Source of the DNA: Atribacterota bacterium
GTDB lineage: Bacteria > Atribacterota > Phoenicimicrobiia > Phoenicimicrobiales > Stramentimicrobiaceae
Direction: 5' to 3'
DNA: 64,000 nucleotides
Assembly: GCA_040767965.1 (NCBI GenBank)
Contig: JAXGNR010000007.1
Span: 32,001 to 96,000 of the forward strand
This document shows positions 51,185-61,780 of this stretch, one piece after another. Each line of letters opens with the position of its first letter. Position 1 is the first letter of the stretch. The notes below the pieces were generated by a model. That model was not told where the DNA came from, searched no databases, and saw only the letters and a list, made by a program, of their open reading frames with translations. The translations under genes and the position numbers were made by a program.

Positions 51185-52687
51185 TTATGCCACTGCCATT
51201 TTTCTTCTTTTCAAATAATCAGAAATGTAAGGCCAGATTACCAGAATTACAGAAAAGATTACAATAGCCAGTGCTACCGGTCTTCCTGTTATTGCCATCA
51301 CATTGCCTCTGGCGGTATACATAGCCGTCCGGAAGTTTTTCTCAATCATCGGACCCAGGATATAACCCAGTACAATAGGAGGTACCGGTACATCACATTC
51401 AATCAGGAAATATCCGATTACACCGATTGCTACCAGCATCCATACATCAAAGACCCGGTTATTGGTACTGAAGGTACCGAAGATACAGCTAAGCAGGATT
51501 ACCGGGAACAGTAAAGATAATGGTACCCGGGATATTTTAACAAAAATGCGCATAAAGCCCAGCTCCATGATCATCATAAAGACATTGGCTAAAAAATAAG
51601 CTACCATAACTGCTCCTACCATTCTGGGGTAAGCAGTGAAAAACATGGGGCCAGGCTGAATGCCCTGGATCATCAGCCCACCGATTAAGACAGCTGTAAC
51701 GGTATCTCCAGGAACTCCAAGAGTTAAAAGAGGAATCAAAGCTCCACCGCAAACAGCATTATTGGATGTCTCAGAAGCTACTAAACCTTCTGGAGCTCCT
51801 GTGCCAAATTTTTCAGGCTGCTTGGATAACTGTCTGGCTCCATTGTAGGCTAACATAGTAGCTGTTCCCTGCCCTACTCCTGGCAGTATTCCCATTAAAG
51901 TTCCGTATAAGCATCCCAGAATAAAAGCAGGACCGGTCCCTTTTAAGACTTCTTTCGGTGGAATAAGTCTAATTTTATCCTTAATCTCCGTTGTCTCTCC
52001 GGTAGATCCGCTTTGCAGTCCGGAGTTAACCTGGGCAAGGATTTCTCTTACTGCAAAGATACCCATGGTTAAAGCAATGATGTGAATTCCTCCCTGCAGC
52101 TGCCAGGCACCAAAGGTCAGTCTGGTAACACCGGAAACTACATCAAAACCAACTGTCCCCAATATGATACCAATACAGGAGGCAGCAAGTCCTTTTACCG
52201 GGTTATTGCTGGTCATCATAACCACAACGCTCATACCCAGGATCATGATGGCAAAATATTCCCAGCTGCCGAACTTCAGAGCTACCTTGGATAACTGAGG
52301 AGCAATAAAGATCAGGGCAAAGGCTGAAAACATTCCTCCTACTCCTGAAGAGAACACTCCCAGTGATAAAGCAGTGCCGGGTAAACCCTTTTTAGTCATG
52401 GGATATCCGTCCCAGCAGGTTACAAAGGAAGAAGGTGTTCCGGGGATATTTAATAGCATGGCTGTAATAAGCCCTCCGCTGATACCTCCTACATAAATAC
52501 CAATCAGAATAGAAATACCCAGCTCCGGGGCCATTCCAAAAGTGAAGGGAATAATTAAAATTACTCCCAGTGTTGCTGTCAGCCCGGGAATACAGCCAAA
52601 GATGATGCCGAAAAGGACACCACTGGCTAATCCTATTAAAGGAATGGGGTCTGAAAAAAACTTCAAACCAAGAAGTATAATATCCAT
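51185..52687 (-). CDS. tctA: TTT large permease
   Basis: GCIPG, PGTP, DGYPM, SET.NNA, LG.PGD. Confidence 0.93.
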   Translation of the reverse strand: MDIILLGLKFFSDPIPLIGLASGVLFGIIFGCIPGLTATLGVILIIPFTFGMAPELGISILIGIYVGGISGGLITAMLLNIPGTPSSFVTCWDGYPMTKKGLPGTALSLGVFSSGVGGMFSAFALIFIAPQLSKVALKFGSWEYFAIMILGMSVVVMMTSNNPVKGLAASCIGIILGTVGFDVVSGVTRLTFGAWQLQGGIHIIALTMGIFAVREILAQVNSGLQSGSTGETTEIKDKIRLIPPKEVLKGTGPAFILGCLYGTLMGILPGVGQGTATMLAYNGARQLSKQPEKFGTGAPEGLVASETSNNAVCGGALIPLLTLGVPGDTVTAVLIGGLMIQGIQPGPMFFTAYPRMVGAVMVAYFLANVFMMIMELGFMRIFVKISRVPLSLLFPVILLSCIFGTFSTNNRVFDVWMLVAIGVIGYFLIECDVPVPPIVLGYILGPMIEKNFRTAMYTARGNVMAITGRPVALAIVIFSVILVIWPYISDYLKRRKMAVA

Positions 52688-52774
52688 ATCTAGTACTTTC
52701 CTCCAATTTTAATTAAAAATATTTAGCATAATTACTCTTCAAACCAATAAGCATGTCATTACAGTACAGGCAAA

Positions 52775-53296
52775 TCAGAAGCCGAAAAAGCCCATGGGTA
52801 AAGTCACATTCAGTAAATTTACAAATACCACGTTGAGGAATATCAAAGAAGAAATGGAGATGATAAAGGCTTTTAAGAGAATATTGTTAAATTTCTTCTT
52901 ATCTTTGGTGGTGACTCTTTCTTCGTGCATTTGTAAATAAGTGATAAAGAACATCAGTAGCAGGAAACTGCTGACATTAAATCCTACTGTTCTTAAAATT
53001 GCTATGTAGATGAGCAAGGCTACCATCAAAAAGAATACTTCTTTTGAGATGAGCTTATGCGGAACAGCTTGTTCTTCTGCCTTCTTTTTTGCCGGCCTAA
53101 AAGAGCTGATGAGAAGTAAAACAGAAAAGAACAATAAGGCATAAATAAAGATTGTTATAAAGCCTCTCGGGCTGGCGGCTCCCCCGACCATCCTGTCAAG
53201 AGGGCCGTCTGGAATTCTGTTGGTTTCAAATAATAATATGACACTGGAAACTAATAGGATAATACCTAATATTAAATCACGTCTTTTAATCTTCAC
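52775..53296 (-). CDS. tctB: TTT small permease
   Basis: About 4 TM helices, C-terminal L.V.LP.G; GTG start. Confidence 0.85.
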   Translation of the reverse strand: MKIKRRDLILGIILLVSSVILLFETNRIPDGPLDRMVGGAASPRGFITIFIYALLFFSVLLLISSFRPAKKKAEEQAVPHKLISKEVFFLMVALLIYIAILRTVGFNVSSFLLLMFFITYLQMHEERVTTKDKKKFNNILLKAFIISISSLIFLNVVFVNLLNVTLPMGFFGF

Positions 53297-53347
53297 TCAG
53301 TTCATCCTCCCTATATTGGAAACTGCCTTTTGTGTTGGTAATAGAGA

Positions 53348-53394
53348 TAGTATCAGATACCTGGCAACTTTTTATTGTCAGGTATCTGATACTA
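53348..53394 (-). other. Strong stem-loop downstream of tctC, no U-tract
   Basis: 20-bp stem with one mismatch: TAGTATCAGATACCTG..CAGGTATCTGATACTA. Confidence 0.65.
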
Positions 53395-53473
53395 AGTTAA
53401 TTCTTAATTTGATGATTAACAAGTTTGTTTACATTACAGCATTTTTCTTATAATATCTTTATAAAATATTATT

Positions 53474-54439
53474 TTATTCAAAATATTTTTTATATGCTGC
53501 TTCTAGTCTACTGGCAACTTCTTTTGCCTGAGCAGTTGCTTCTTCAGGACCCATAAAATCAACACCATAGTTGACAGCAGCCATATCAGCGATGAAATCT
53601 TCGTTATTGGCTACTTCTTCAAATTTGGATGCCAGATAATCAACTATTTCTTTGGGGGTTCCTGGGGGAGCAAAGTATGCTCTTTGAGCTCCTGGAGTAA
53701 TACCAAATTCTGGAATTCCTGCTTCAGTAGGAGTTAATACGCCTTCCTGAATAAATGGAGATTTTCTATCACTTGTATATAAAACTGGAATTGCATCTCC
53801 GGAACGCAGCAGTTCGCGCATGTCAGAAACACTGCCGCTGGCTAATTCAATATGTCCTCCTAATAAAGATACACGGGCATTGGCTCCACCGTCATAAGGA
53901 ACAATCTGGAAATCAAAGCCATACAGGTCATTTAAGGTCATAATAGCAGCTACAGATGGTGTTCTTAATCCTTCAGTACCCCAGGATACTTTACCAGGAT
54001 TTGCTTTGGCAAATTCTGCTACATCTTCCCAGTTTTTCCAGCCGGTTCCTGGATGGGTAATTACTACTGCATTGTCCAGTACCATATTGCAAATTATTTC
54101 AAATTCTTCCCATAATCTTATATTTGTTCCACCAGATAAGAATTGACCGATTAAGTTATCGGTGTTGTGGCCTAAGATGGTATATCCGTCTGGTGTTTCT
54201 CTATATGTTTCCATTGCTCCGATTTGACCGGAGGCACCAGGAATGTAGACAGGAACAAGAGGTTGGCCGTCAAGATCTAGATATTTTTCTATAGTTCTGG
54301 TCAATAAGTCAGTTCCGCCGCCTGGATTAAAGGGAACAACAGATCTGATAGGGCGTTCCGGGTATGCTGCCATAGATGTTGCGGCAAAAGAAAACACCAT
54401 TATCATTATTAAACTTAAAACAATTAAATATTTCTTCAT
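53474..54439 (-). CDS. tctC: TTT substrate-binding protein
   Basis: YPERPI, PF.PGGGTD, PDGYT, PYDGG, APPGTP. Confidence 0.93.
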   Translation of the reverse strand: MKKYLIVLSLIMIMVFSFAATSMAAYPERPIRSVVPFNPGGGTDLLTRTIEKYLDLDGQPLVPVYIPGASGQIGAMETYRETPDGYTILGHNTDNLIGQFLSGGTNIRLWEEFEIICNMVLDNAVVITHPGTGWKNWEDVAEFAKANPGKVSWGTEGLRTPSVAAIMTLNDLYGFDFQIVPYDGGANARVSLLGGHIELASGSVSDMRELLRSGDAIPVLYTSDRKSPFIQEGVLTPTEAGIPEFGITPGAQRAYFAPPGTPKEIVDYLASKFEEVANNEDFIADMAAVNYGVDFMGPEEATAQAKEVASRLEAAYKKYFE

Positions 54440-54618
54440 TTTATTCTGCTCTCCTTAATACCTTTTATAAATTATTGTGACTTAAATTACTTATTTGACA
54501 AATTATGAAAATTAAAATTAGTATTAACTAACAATATTTTATAATTTACTTTCACCCCCCCTCTTGCATCTATTATTACCAGCTGCAATCTGCAGGCAGA
54601 ATATCTTTTAAGTCTTTG

Positions 54619-55341
54619 TTATTTCTTAGCTCCATATGATTTACCGCCAAAGATAGCTCTTATTTCAGCAGCTGTTTTGGCTTTGGAGAGGGCGGACATG
54701 CGTTCTGTTTCTTCTTTCTGGAGTAATTCCAGGTTTTTGACCACCTGCTCTAATTTGTCTGCAGGGAATTTGCAGGCACCGTTTTCATCCATGTGGATGA
54801 TTTCTCCCGGGGCTACATCCATACCGCCTACAGAAACCGGAACATTAACAGCATGAACTGCCATATCACCATGGCCTGCAGTTACTCCTGTTAACATGTA
54901 CTGGAAGCCCATGGGACGGATTTCATCGATATCACGGGATGGGCCATCAGAGACTACTCCCAAACAACCGATAGATTTTAAGGCAGTGGTCATGTTTCCG
55001 CCAGAGAGACCTACTTTACCGGCTATTTCAGGCGGGAAGGCTTGTTTGAGTATTAAAATGGTTGGTTGGGGGGATTGTTCTAAGGCATCAATGACATCCA
55101 TGAAGGACAATTTGGAGTAGTTGGGATCTGGCAGACCAAAGACACAGGTGACTGCATAACCGGCCAGGCGTCCTAATTCAGGGTACATGCAGCGGATGGT
55201 CTGATCAGTGTACCAGTTCTGGTTCCAGGGATTGTACAGACCCAGGCATAAGGGGTTTTTCGGGTAAGTGGCAACTACGTTAGTGACTGAAGGGGTGTCA
55301 TGATTTTTCAGCTTTTCCAATAATTCTCTTTCTTTTGACAT
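54619..55341 (-). CDS. RraA family protein (second subfamily)
   Basis: DTP...N, GYAVT, GG.M, DG..RD, PG.IIH.D..G. Confidence 0.85.
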   Translation of the reverse strand: MSKERELLEKLKNHDTPSVTNVVATYPKNPLCLGLYNPWNQNWYTDQTIRCMYPELGRLAGYAVTCVFGLPDPNYSKLSFMDVIDALEQSPQPTILILKQAFPPEIAGKVGLSGGNMTTALKSIGCLGVVSDGPSRDIDEIRPMGFQYMLTGVTAGHGDMAVHAVNVPVSVGGMDVAPGEIIHMDENGACKFPADKLEQVVKNLELLQKEETERMSALSKAKTAAEIRAIFGGKSYGAKK

Positions 55342-55380
55342 TTCTTTTTTCTCTCCTTTTGTTTTTGTTGGTTTTAGGTG

Positions 55381-55422
55381 AAATCAGACTAATATTTTTT
55401 GATATGGATATTAGTCTGATTT
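55381..55422 (-). other. Intercistronic stem-loop between ldh2 and rraA
   Basis: 15-bp inverted repeat AAATCAGACTAATAT / ATATTAGTCTGATTT. Confidence 0.55.
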
Positions 55423-55460
55423 TTATTTTTATAATTATCTCTTATTTTTTATACTATCAG

Positions 55461-56528
55461 CTATAATGCTGCATCAAACTCTACATCAAATTCTTCAGAA
55501 AGCTCTTCCAGAGATTCAATAACAGCTACATCTAAAGGAATACCGTTTGCTGTTCTTTCTTTTTCAATTTCTTCTTCGAAACCACCGGCAGCATATACTT
55601 TTTTGTTGCCTGGTAGTGGTTCTAAGTTTTCTATAGAATCAATCAGTTCATCCATTTGTTGTTTAAATTCAGCAACCGGGCGGAAACCATTTATATCGAT
55701 AGCTGCAAAGAAATGATTTGCAGTGGAGTTAATAGGAGCACCAGAAATTAATGTACACAAAATATCAGTGAAAACTGATAACCCAAAGCCCTTAAATCCA
55801 CCGGTATGAGGTAATCCACCAAGAGGAAGTATACCTCCTTTAAAATTGCTATCTTTAGGATTAATTTTTGCAGTATCGGTAATTGGCTTGCCATTTTCAT
55901 CTACAACCCAACCTTCTGGAATGGACTTTCCCTGTCTTTTGGCAATTTCGATTTTACCAAAGGCAACAACACTGGTGGACATATCAAGGACAAAAGGATG
56001 TCTTTCATTGGCAGGAACAGCTATAGATACCGGGTTTAAGCCACCTGCTCTTCCCTTACTGCCAGGTGCCATCATTATTCTTCCTCCGGCGGTCATTGAA
56101 ATACCAATCATATCGTGCTCAAGGGCCATCATGGCATAATAAGCTGCTGCTCCAAAATGAGAACTATTGTTAACTGAAACAAATCCTGCACCTGATTCTT
56201 TTGCTCTTTTTATAGCTTCTTCCATAGCATTATAGCCTGCAACAAAACCAAGACCAGAACCACCATCAAGAATAGCTGATGTTGCTGAATTGCTAGACCA
56301 TTTCAACTCTGGTTTAGGAGTAACTTTTCCTTCTTTAATCCAGGTGACATAAAATGGATTTAAGTGAGCTACACCGTGGGATTCAACTCCTCTTATATCA
56401 GTATGAACTAGTATTTTTGCAGTAATATCAGCATCTTTTTGGGGAACACCTAATTTTTGCAGGACTTCTGATGAAAATACTTCCAATTTTTTCGGATCAA
56501 AACGCTTTCTATTATCCATATGTAACAA
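55461..56528 (-). CDS. Ldh_2 family oxidoreductase
   Basis: GVESHG, NSSHFG, G.NP, LDMSTS, G.KG.GL. Confidence 0.88.
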   Translation of the reverse strand: MLHMDNRKRFDPKKLEVFSSEVLQKLGVPQKDADITAKILVHTDIRGVESHGVAHLNPFYVTWIKEGKVTPKPELKWSSNSATSAILDGGSGLGFVAGYNAMEEAIKRAKESGAGFVSVNNSSHFGAAAYYAMMALEHDMIGISMTAGGRIMMAPGSKGRAGGLNPVSIAVPANERHPFVLDMSTSVVAFGKIEIAKRQGKSIPEGWVVDENGKPITDTAKINPKDSNFKGGILPLGGLPHTGGFKGFGLSVFTDILCTLISGAPINSTANHFFAAIDINGFRPVAEFKQQMDELIDSIENLEPLPGNKKVYAAGGFEEEIEKERTANGIPLDVAVIESLEELSEEFDVEFDAAL

Positions 56529-56914
56529 ATCTCCTTATATTATTGTTTTTTATATTTACTATATTTTTGTATTATAATATAGTATATTGATTAACACTTT
56601 AAAACAAAATTGGAATAAATTTTTCTTAGTTTTTATTGCTTTTTAGATCATGGGTTATCGCATATCTTACTATAAATTGTTTTATAAAATGATAAATTTT
56701 TTATTGAAATATTTTGGAATATATCAAGCTTTATAGCCAGGATTAATTAGGAGCTATTGCAGATATTTCAAAAATTTCTATTTCCAAATACATCCAAAAG
56801 CATAGTATCATAACTAAAAAAAGTAGTCAAATTAATTGGGCTAGACCAGTTAAAAATTATGAACTACAACTACAATAAAAACAATTTATTATTTTTCTTT
56901 TTTTCTTGAAATTA

Positions 56915-57661
56915 TTAATCCATAGACAGTCCACCATTAATACTGATGCTTTCTCCGGTGATATAATCAGATAGATTAGAGGCTAAAAATAATGCAAGAT
57001 GAGCAACCTCTTCTGGCTTCCCAAAACGTCCCAAAGGAATTCTTTCGATGGATTTTTGTCTTCGTTCTACAGGCCATTCTTCTGTTAAATCAGTTTCAAT
57101 CGGGCCTGGACAAATTGCATTAACATTAATTCCATAAGATCCTAGCTCTGTTGCTAAATGCCTTGTTAAATACACTACTCCAGCCTTTGAGGCTCCATAG
57201 CTGGGAGAAGCTCCCAGATGAGCATTTTTAGCCGCCCCTGAAGCAATGCTTATTATCTTACCAGACTGTTGTTTTTTTAATATAGGCATGGCTAGCTTAC
57301 ATAAATATAATGTACCATTCAAGTTAACATCAAGCACTCTTTGCCAATCCTGTAAACTCATTACTTCAGTTGTTTCTCTTCTTACTATTCCTGCATTGTT
57401 CACTATTATGTCAATTTTGTTATTCAAATTTAAAGCGGCTTCTATCAATTTTTCAGCTGTTTCTGGAATAGAGATATCTCCAATCACTACTGAATGTTTT
57501 ACATTTGCATAGCTTAAGTCTTCTTTTACTTTATTCAACAATTCGCTTTTGGTTCCTCCTAAAACTAATGAAGCACCATTTTTTGCAAATTCTTCTGCTA
57601 TAGCCTTTCCTATTCCTTTTGTTGCTCCTGTAATTATAGCAACCTTGTCTCTTAATAGCAT
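56915..57661 (-). CDS. Short-chain dehydrogenase/reductase (classical SDR)
   Basis: TG...GIG, NNAG, YGASK, PG.I.T. Confidence 0.9.
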   Translation of the reverse strand: MLLRDKVAIITGATKGIGKAIAEEFAKNGASLVLGGTKSELLNKVKEDLSYANVKHSVVIGDISIPETAEKLIEAALNLNNKIDIIVNNAGIVRRETTEVMSLQDWQRVLDVNLNGTLYLCKLAMPILKKQQSGKIISIASGAAKNAHLGASPSYGASKAGVVYLTRHLATELGSYGINVNAICPGPIETDLTEEWPVERRQKSIERIPLGRFGKPEEVAHLALFLASNLSDYITGESISINGGLSMD

Positions 57662-58003
57662 ATTTTAACTCCTTTTGATTATATTATTTTTATTAGATTT
57701 AGAATAATATTCAATTCATATCACAAAATTTTTTTAATTTAAAAAAATTGTAACAATGTTTATTCTGGAAGTCAATTTACAAAACAAACAGCAATAAAGC
57801 TATTCTATTAATTTGACAATTTAAGGTTTTAAGTTGTATAAATTATTATAAAATTTCAATTATAATTAATTATTACTTTATTCTGAAAATATAAAAAATT
57901 TAGAGCGTTTTTTATATTTTATGTAAAATTAAATATAGTAATTTAAAATAATAACTTGAGGTTCTGATATTTAAATATAATTAAATTAAAGGCAGGTAAT
58001 AAA

Positions 58004-59416
58004 ATGACCAATAAGAATAGTATTTATCAGTGGATCGATAAGCAGGAAAGTTTTTTGGTTGATATGGCTAAAAGAATTTGGGAAAAACCAGAGGCAGGAT
58101 TAGAAGAAAAATTTGCTACCACATTACAGGTCAATGTTTTAAAAGAAGCAGGATTTAAAATAAAAGAAAATATCGGTGGTATGCCAACTGCTTTTGTAGC
58201 TGAATATGGAAATGGCAATCCAATTTTAGGCATATTGGGAGAATATGACGCTTTACCTGGATTATCACAAAAAATTATCAGCAAACAAGAACCTGTTCAT
58301 GAAGGAGATCCGGGACATGGGTGTGGACATAATTTATTGGGAACTGCTGGAATCGGAGCTGTTCTGGCAATAAAGAAATTAATTGATGAAAATAAAATAA
58401 AAGGCACTATTCGTTATTACGGATGTCCGGCAGAAGAAACCTTAGTTGGTAAAGTATTTATGGCTAGAGATGGTGTTTTTGATGACCTGGATTCTTGTTT
58501 AACATGGCATCCTGGTCGATTAAACCAGGTTTGGGCTTCCAGCTCTCTGGCTATGAATTCCATAAGCTTCATTTTTAGGGGAAAAGCCGCTCATGCAGCA
58601 GCCCAGCCAGATATGGGTAGAAGCGCATTAGATGCAGTGGAATTGATGGATATCGGAGCAAATTATCTTAGAGAACATATAAGTGATTCAGCAAGAATAC
58701 ATTATTCAATAACTAATGGCGGGGGAGAGCCCAATATAGTTCCTGATAAGGCCTCAGTTTGGTACTATATAAGAGCACCAAAAAGAGCTGAAGTTGAAGA
58801 AATCACGGAACGGATAAAAAAGATTGCTGAAGGGGCAACTCTGATGACAGAAACTACTGTGGATTGGACTTTTTTATCTGCCTGTTATGAAGTTTTACCA
58901 AATGATATATTAGGAGATGTTATATTTAAAAATATGAAAGCAATTCAACCTCCTAAATTTTCAAAAGAAGACCATGATCTTGCTCAGCAATTAGAAAAAA
59001 CCTTTCTGAAAGGTCAAAAAGAGAAAATTAACCAAAAAGTCCCTTCTGCTATTCTAAAGCATGTTTTACATGAAGATGTTGTAGAAACATATGATAATGA
59101 TTCTGTTTTAGCAGGATCTACTGATGTAGGAGATGTAAGTCAAATAACCCCAACTGCCCAATTTAATACAGCAACCTGGCCTATAGGCACTGCAGGACAT
59201 TCGTGGCAGGCAACTGTAGCAAGTGGATCAGAAATAGGCTATAAAGCTATGTTATATGCCACAAAAATTCTTGCAGGCTCTATGGTAGATCTCTATTTAA
59301 ATGAAAAAATAATTCAAGACGCTAAAAAAGAATTTATCCAGAAAACTGAAGGTAATAAATATATTTTCCCATTGCCTGAAGATGCAAAACCACCATTTGA
59401 TCAATTCAAACATTAA
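58004..59416 (+). CDS. M20D amidohydrolase, AbgB-like (p-aminobenzoyl-glutamate hydrolase subunit B family)
   Basis: EYDALPGLSQ, HGCGHN, PAEE, WHP, GSTDVGDVS. Confidence 0.85.
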   Translation: MTNKNSIYQWIDKQESFLVDMAKRIWEKPEAGLEEKFATTLQVNVLKEAGFKIKENIGGMPTAFVAEYGNGNPILGILGEYDALPGLSQKIISKQEPVHEGDPGHGCGHNLLGTAGIGAVLAIKKLIDENKIKGTIRYYGCPAEETLVGKVFMARDGVFDDLDSCLTWHPGRLNQVWASSSLAMNSISFIFRGKAAHAAAQPDMGRSALDAVELMDIGANYLREHISDSARIHYSITNGGGEPNIVPDKASVWYYIRAPKRAEVEEITERIKKIAEGATLMTETTVDWTFLSACYEVLPNDILGDVIFKNMKAIQPPKFSKEDHDLAQQLEKTFLKGQKEKINQKVPSAILKHVLHEDVVETYDNDSVLAGSTDVGDVSQITPTAQFNTATWPIGTAGHSWQATVASGSEIGYKAMLYATKILAGSMVDLYLNEKIIQDAKKEFIQKTEGNKYIFPLPEDAKPPFDQFKH

Positions 59417-59430
59417 TATACAGGTAAAAT

Positions 59431-59476
59431 TATAAAAAAAGACGGTCTCCTCAATAAGGAGCCGTCTTTTTTTATA
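59431..59476. terminator. Bidirectional intrinsic terminator
   Basis: A7-GACGG..CTCCT / AGGAG..CCGTC-T7 between convergent genes. Confidence 0.8.
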
Positions 59477-59509
59477 AAATAATCCTGATAAATGAAACGA
59501 TTTAGTTAA

Positions 59510-61036
59510 TTAACTTATTGCCTTTTTCCCAAAAAATCTATTTTTTATAATAGAAATATATGGCATTAAGGTTAAAAAAACTGCTAGCAATAAAATTGCA
59601 ATTGCTACCGGGCGATTAAAGATATCTTTTATATCTCCATAAGAGGCATACATAGCTGTTCTAAACGTTCTTTCAATCATTTGACCTAATACATATCCTA
59701 AAATCAAAGGAGGCATAGGGACATTAACTTCAGTTAGCAAATATCCTATTATACCAAATATTGCTAATATCCAGAGATCAAAAACTCTATTATTAAGAGC
59801 ATATACCCCCAAGACACATGTAATTAAGATTATTGGGAAAAGGATTGATAAAGGCGCTTTGGATATTTTTACAAATATTCTCATAAAACCAAGTTCTAAA
59901 ATAAACATTATTATATTTGATAATAAATATGCAACCATGATAGTGCCAACTACTCCCGGGTTATCCCGAAAGAGTAATGGACCAGGCTTTATGCCCTGGA
60001 TCATCAAACCGCCAATTAAGACTGCTGTTACCATATCCCCAGGAATACCCAGAGTTAGCAATGGTATCAGGGCACCGCCATTTACAGCATTATTAGCAGT
60101 CTCAGAGGCAACAATTCCTTCCGATATTCCTGTCCCATATTTTTCCGGGTGTTTTGAAAACTGTCTCGAACTGTTATAAGCCAGCATACCTGCTGTAGTC
60201 TGGCCAACCCCGGGTAGCATACCGATAATTGTGCCATAAATTGATCCAAGGATAAAAGCAATACTGGTACCTTTTAGTGCTTCAAGTGGTGGGAAAATAG
60301 GTATTTTATCTTTAACATCTCCTTTTTTCATGACAGGATCACTTTTACCAAAACCTTTTACTTGGGTGAAAATTTCCCTAACTGCAAAAAAGGCCATGGA
60401 AATTGCCACTACATTCATTCCTGCCTGAAGCTGCCAAAAACCAAAAGTTAATCTGGACACTCCGGAAATAACATCTATCCCTATTGCTCCAATCCCAATG
60501 CCAATTAAGGCAGCTATTAATCCTTTTAAAGGATTATCACTGGTCATCATCACAACTACACTCATTCCCAGTACCATAATAGCTAAATATTCCCAGCTGC
60601 CAAAACTTAGAGCAATTTTTGATAGAGGCGGTGCAATAAATATCAGTGCAAGTGCTGAAAAACTACCTCCTAGAGCTGAAGAAAAAACACCTATAGATAA
60701 TGCCTGGCCAGGCAATCCTCGTTTAGAAGCCATTGGATAACCATCCCAGCAGGTAACCATTGAAGAGGGAGTACCTGGTATATTCAGTAAAATAGCGGTA
60801 ATCAACCCTCCGCTTATTCCTCCTACATATATTCCGATTAAGAGAGCTAATCCCAATTCTGCCGCCATGACATAAGTAAAGGGAATTAGCAAAACTATGC
60901 CAAGAGTAGCTGTAAGACCCGGAATACAACCAAATATTATGCCAAACAATACTCCAAAAACCAGGAGTGGCAAAGTTGCCGGCTCTGTAATAAAAAATCT
61001 AAATCCTTGTATTAAAACTTCCAAAAATATCACCAT
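59510..61036 (-). CDS. tctA: TTT large permease
   Basis: TctA motifs; paralog of 51185-52687. Confidence 0.93.
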   Translation of the reverse strand: MVIFLEVLIQGFRFFITEPATLPLLVFGVLFGIIFGCIPGLTATLGIVLLIPFTYVMAAELGLALLIGIYVGGISGGLITAILLNIPGTPSSMVTCWDGYPMASKRGLPGQALSIGVFSSALGGSFSALALIFIAPPLSKIALSFGSWEYLAIMVLGMSVVVMMTSDNPLKGLIAALIGIGIGAIGIDVISGVSRLTFGFWQLQAGMNVVAISMAFFAVREIFTQVKGFGKSDPVMKKGDVKDKIPIFPPLEALKGTSIAFILGSIYGTIIGMLPGVGQTTAGMLAYNSSRQFSKHPEKYGTGISEGIVASETANNAVNGGALIPLLTLGIPGDMVTAVLIGGLMIQGIKPGPLLFRDNPGVVGTIMVAYLLSNIIMFILELGFMRIFVKISKAPLSILFPIILITCVLGVYALNNRVFDLWILAIFGIIGYLLTEVNVPMPPLILGYVLGQMIERTFRTAMYASYGDIKDIFNRPVAIAILLLAVFLTLMPYISIIKNRFFGKKAIS

Positions 61037-61049
61037 CCCTTACAAAATA

Positions 61050-61601
61050 TTAAAATCCAAATATGCCCTTAGGAAGACTTACTCCTAGTAGTCTTACAAA
61101 TATTTGCTGTAATACAAATAAACTGATTACAGAGATAATAATCATATTTAAAACTATTTTTCGGACTTTTTCTTTATCTTTGATATTTATACTTTTTTCT
61201 TTAGCATAATACATGGTCATAAATGTGACTAATAAAATAAAACTATTAATAAAAAAGCCAAATGTCTCCATAGTAGCCACATATGCAACAAATACCACCA
61301 TAGATATCAAAACTTCTTTAGGCAGCATAACTTTTTCTTTATCAATCTGCTCTTTTTCTTCACTGATTTCACTTTTAAGAGGTCTGAAAAATCTTACAAT
61401 AGATTGTATTATGAGCATTCCAGACAAAATCATAAGACCAGATCCAATAATAGTAATAAAGCCTTTGGGACTTGCAATAAACCCTATTTGCTGGTCCAGT
61501 ATGCCTACCTGGATATTTCTAGTATCAAACATTATAAAAATACTTATAATTAATACTATAATGCCTAATATTAAATCATATAGGTTATTCCTTTTTAACA
61601 C
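61050..61601 (-). CDS. tctB: TTT small permease
   Basis: About 4 TM helices, LGV.LP.G; probable GTG start at 61601 after GGAGG. Confidence 0.85.
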   Translation of the reverse strand: MLKRNNLYDLILGIIVLIISIFIMFDTRNIQVGILDQQIGFIASPKGFITIIGSGLMILSGMLIIQSIVRFFRPLKSEISEEKEQIDKEKVMLPKEVLISMVVFVAYVATMETFGFFINSFILLVTFMTMYYAKEKSINIKDKEKVRKIVLNMIIISVISLFVLQQIFVRLLGVSLPKGIFGF

Positions 61602-61730
61602 TTCGGCCTCCAATGTCTTTAACGATATATTTAACAATTCAAATTTAAATTTATATTACCTGTTAATTCCTTAACTAGATTGTTTATATTATTTTGAATA
61701 AAATATTATTTTATAAAAACTATCAATCAC

Positions 61731-61772
61731 AAAAATAAGAGCGTTACTTTAAAAAGTAACGCTCTTATTTTT
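61731..61772 (-). other. Stem-loop or partial terminator downstream of tctC
   Basis: AAAAATAAGAGCGTTACTTT / AAAGTAACGCTCTTATTTTT. Confidence 0.65.
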
Positions 61773-61780
61773 TTCATTTT

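Noticed and set aside
53348-53394. FapR-like words inside this inverted repeat
   Set aside because: Better explained as an RNA hairpin after tctC; no lipid gene nearby
56915-57661. Calling this SDR fabG
   Set aside because: Lacks NAGITRD and GQ.NY; the true fabG is at 17786-18535
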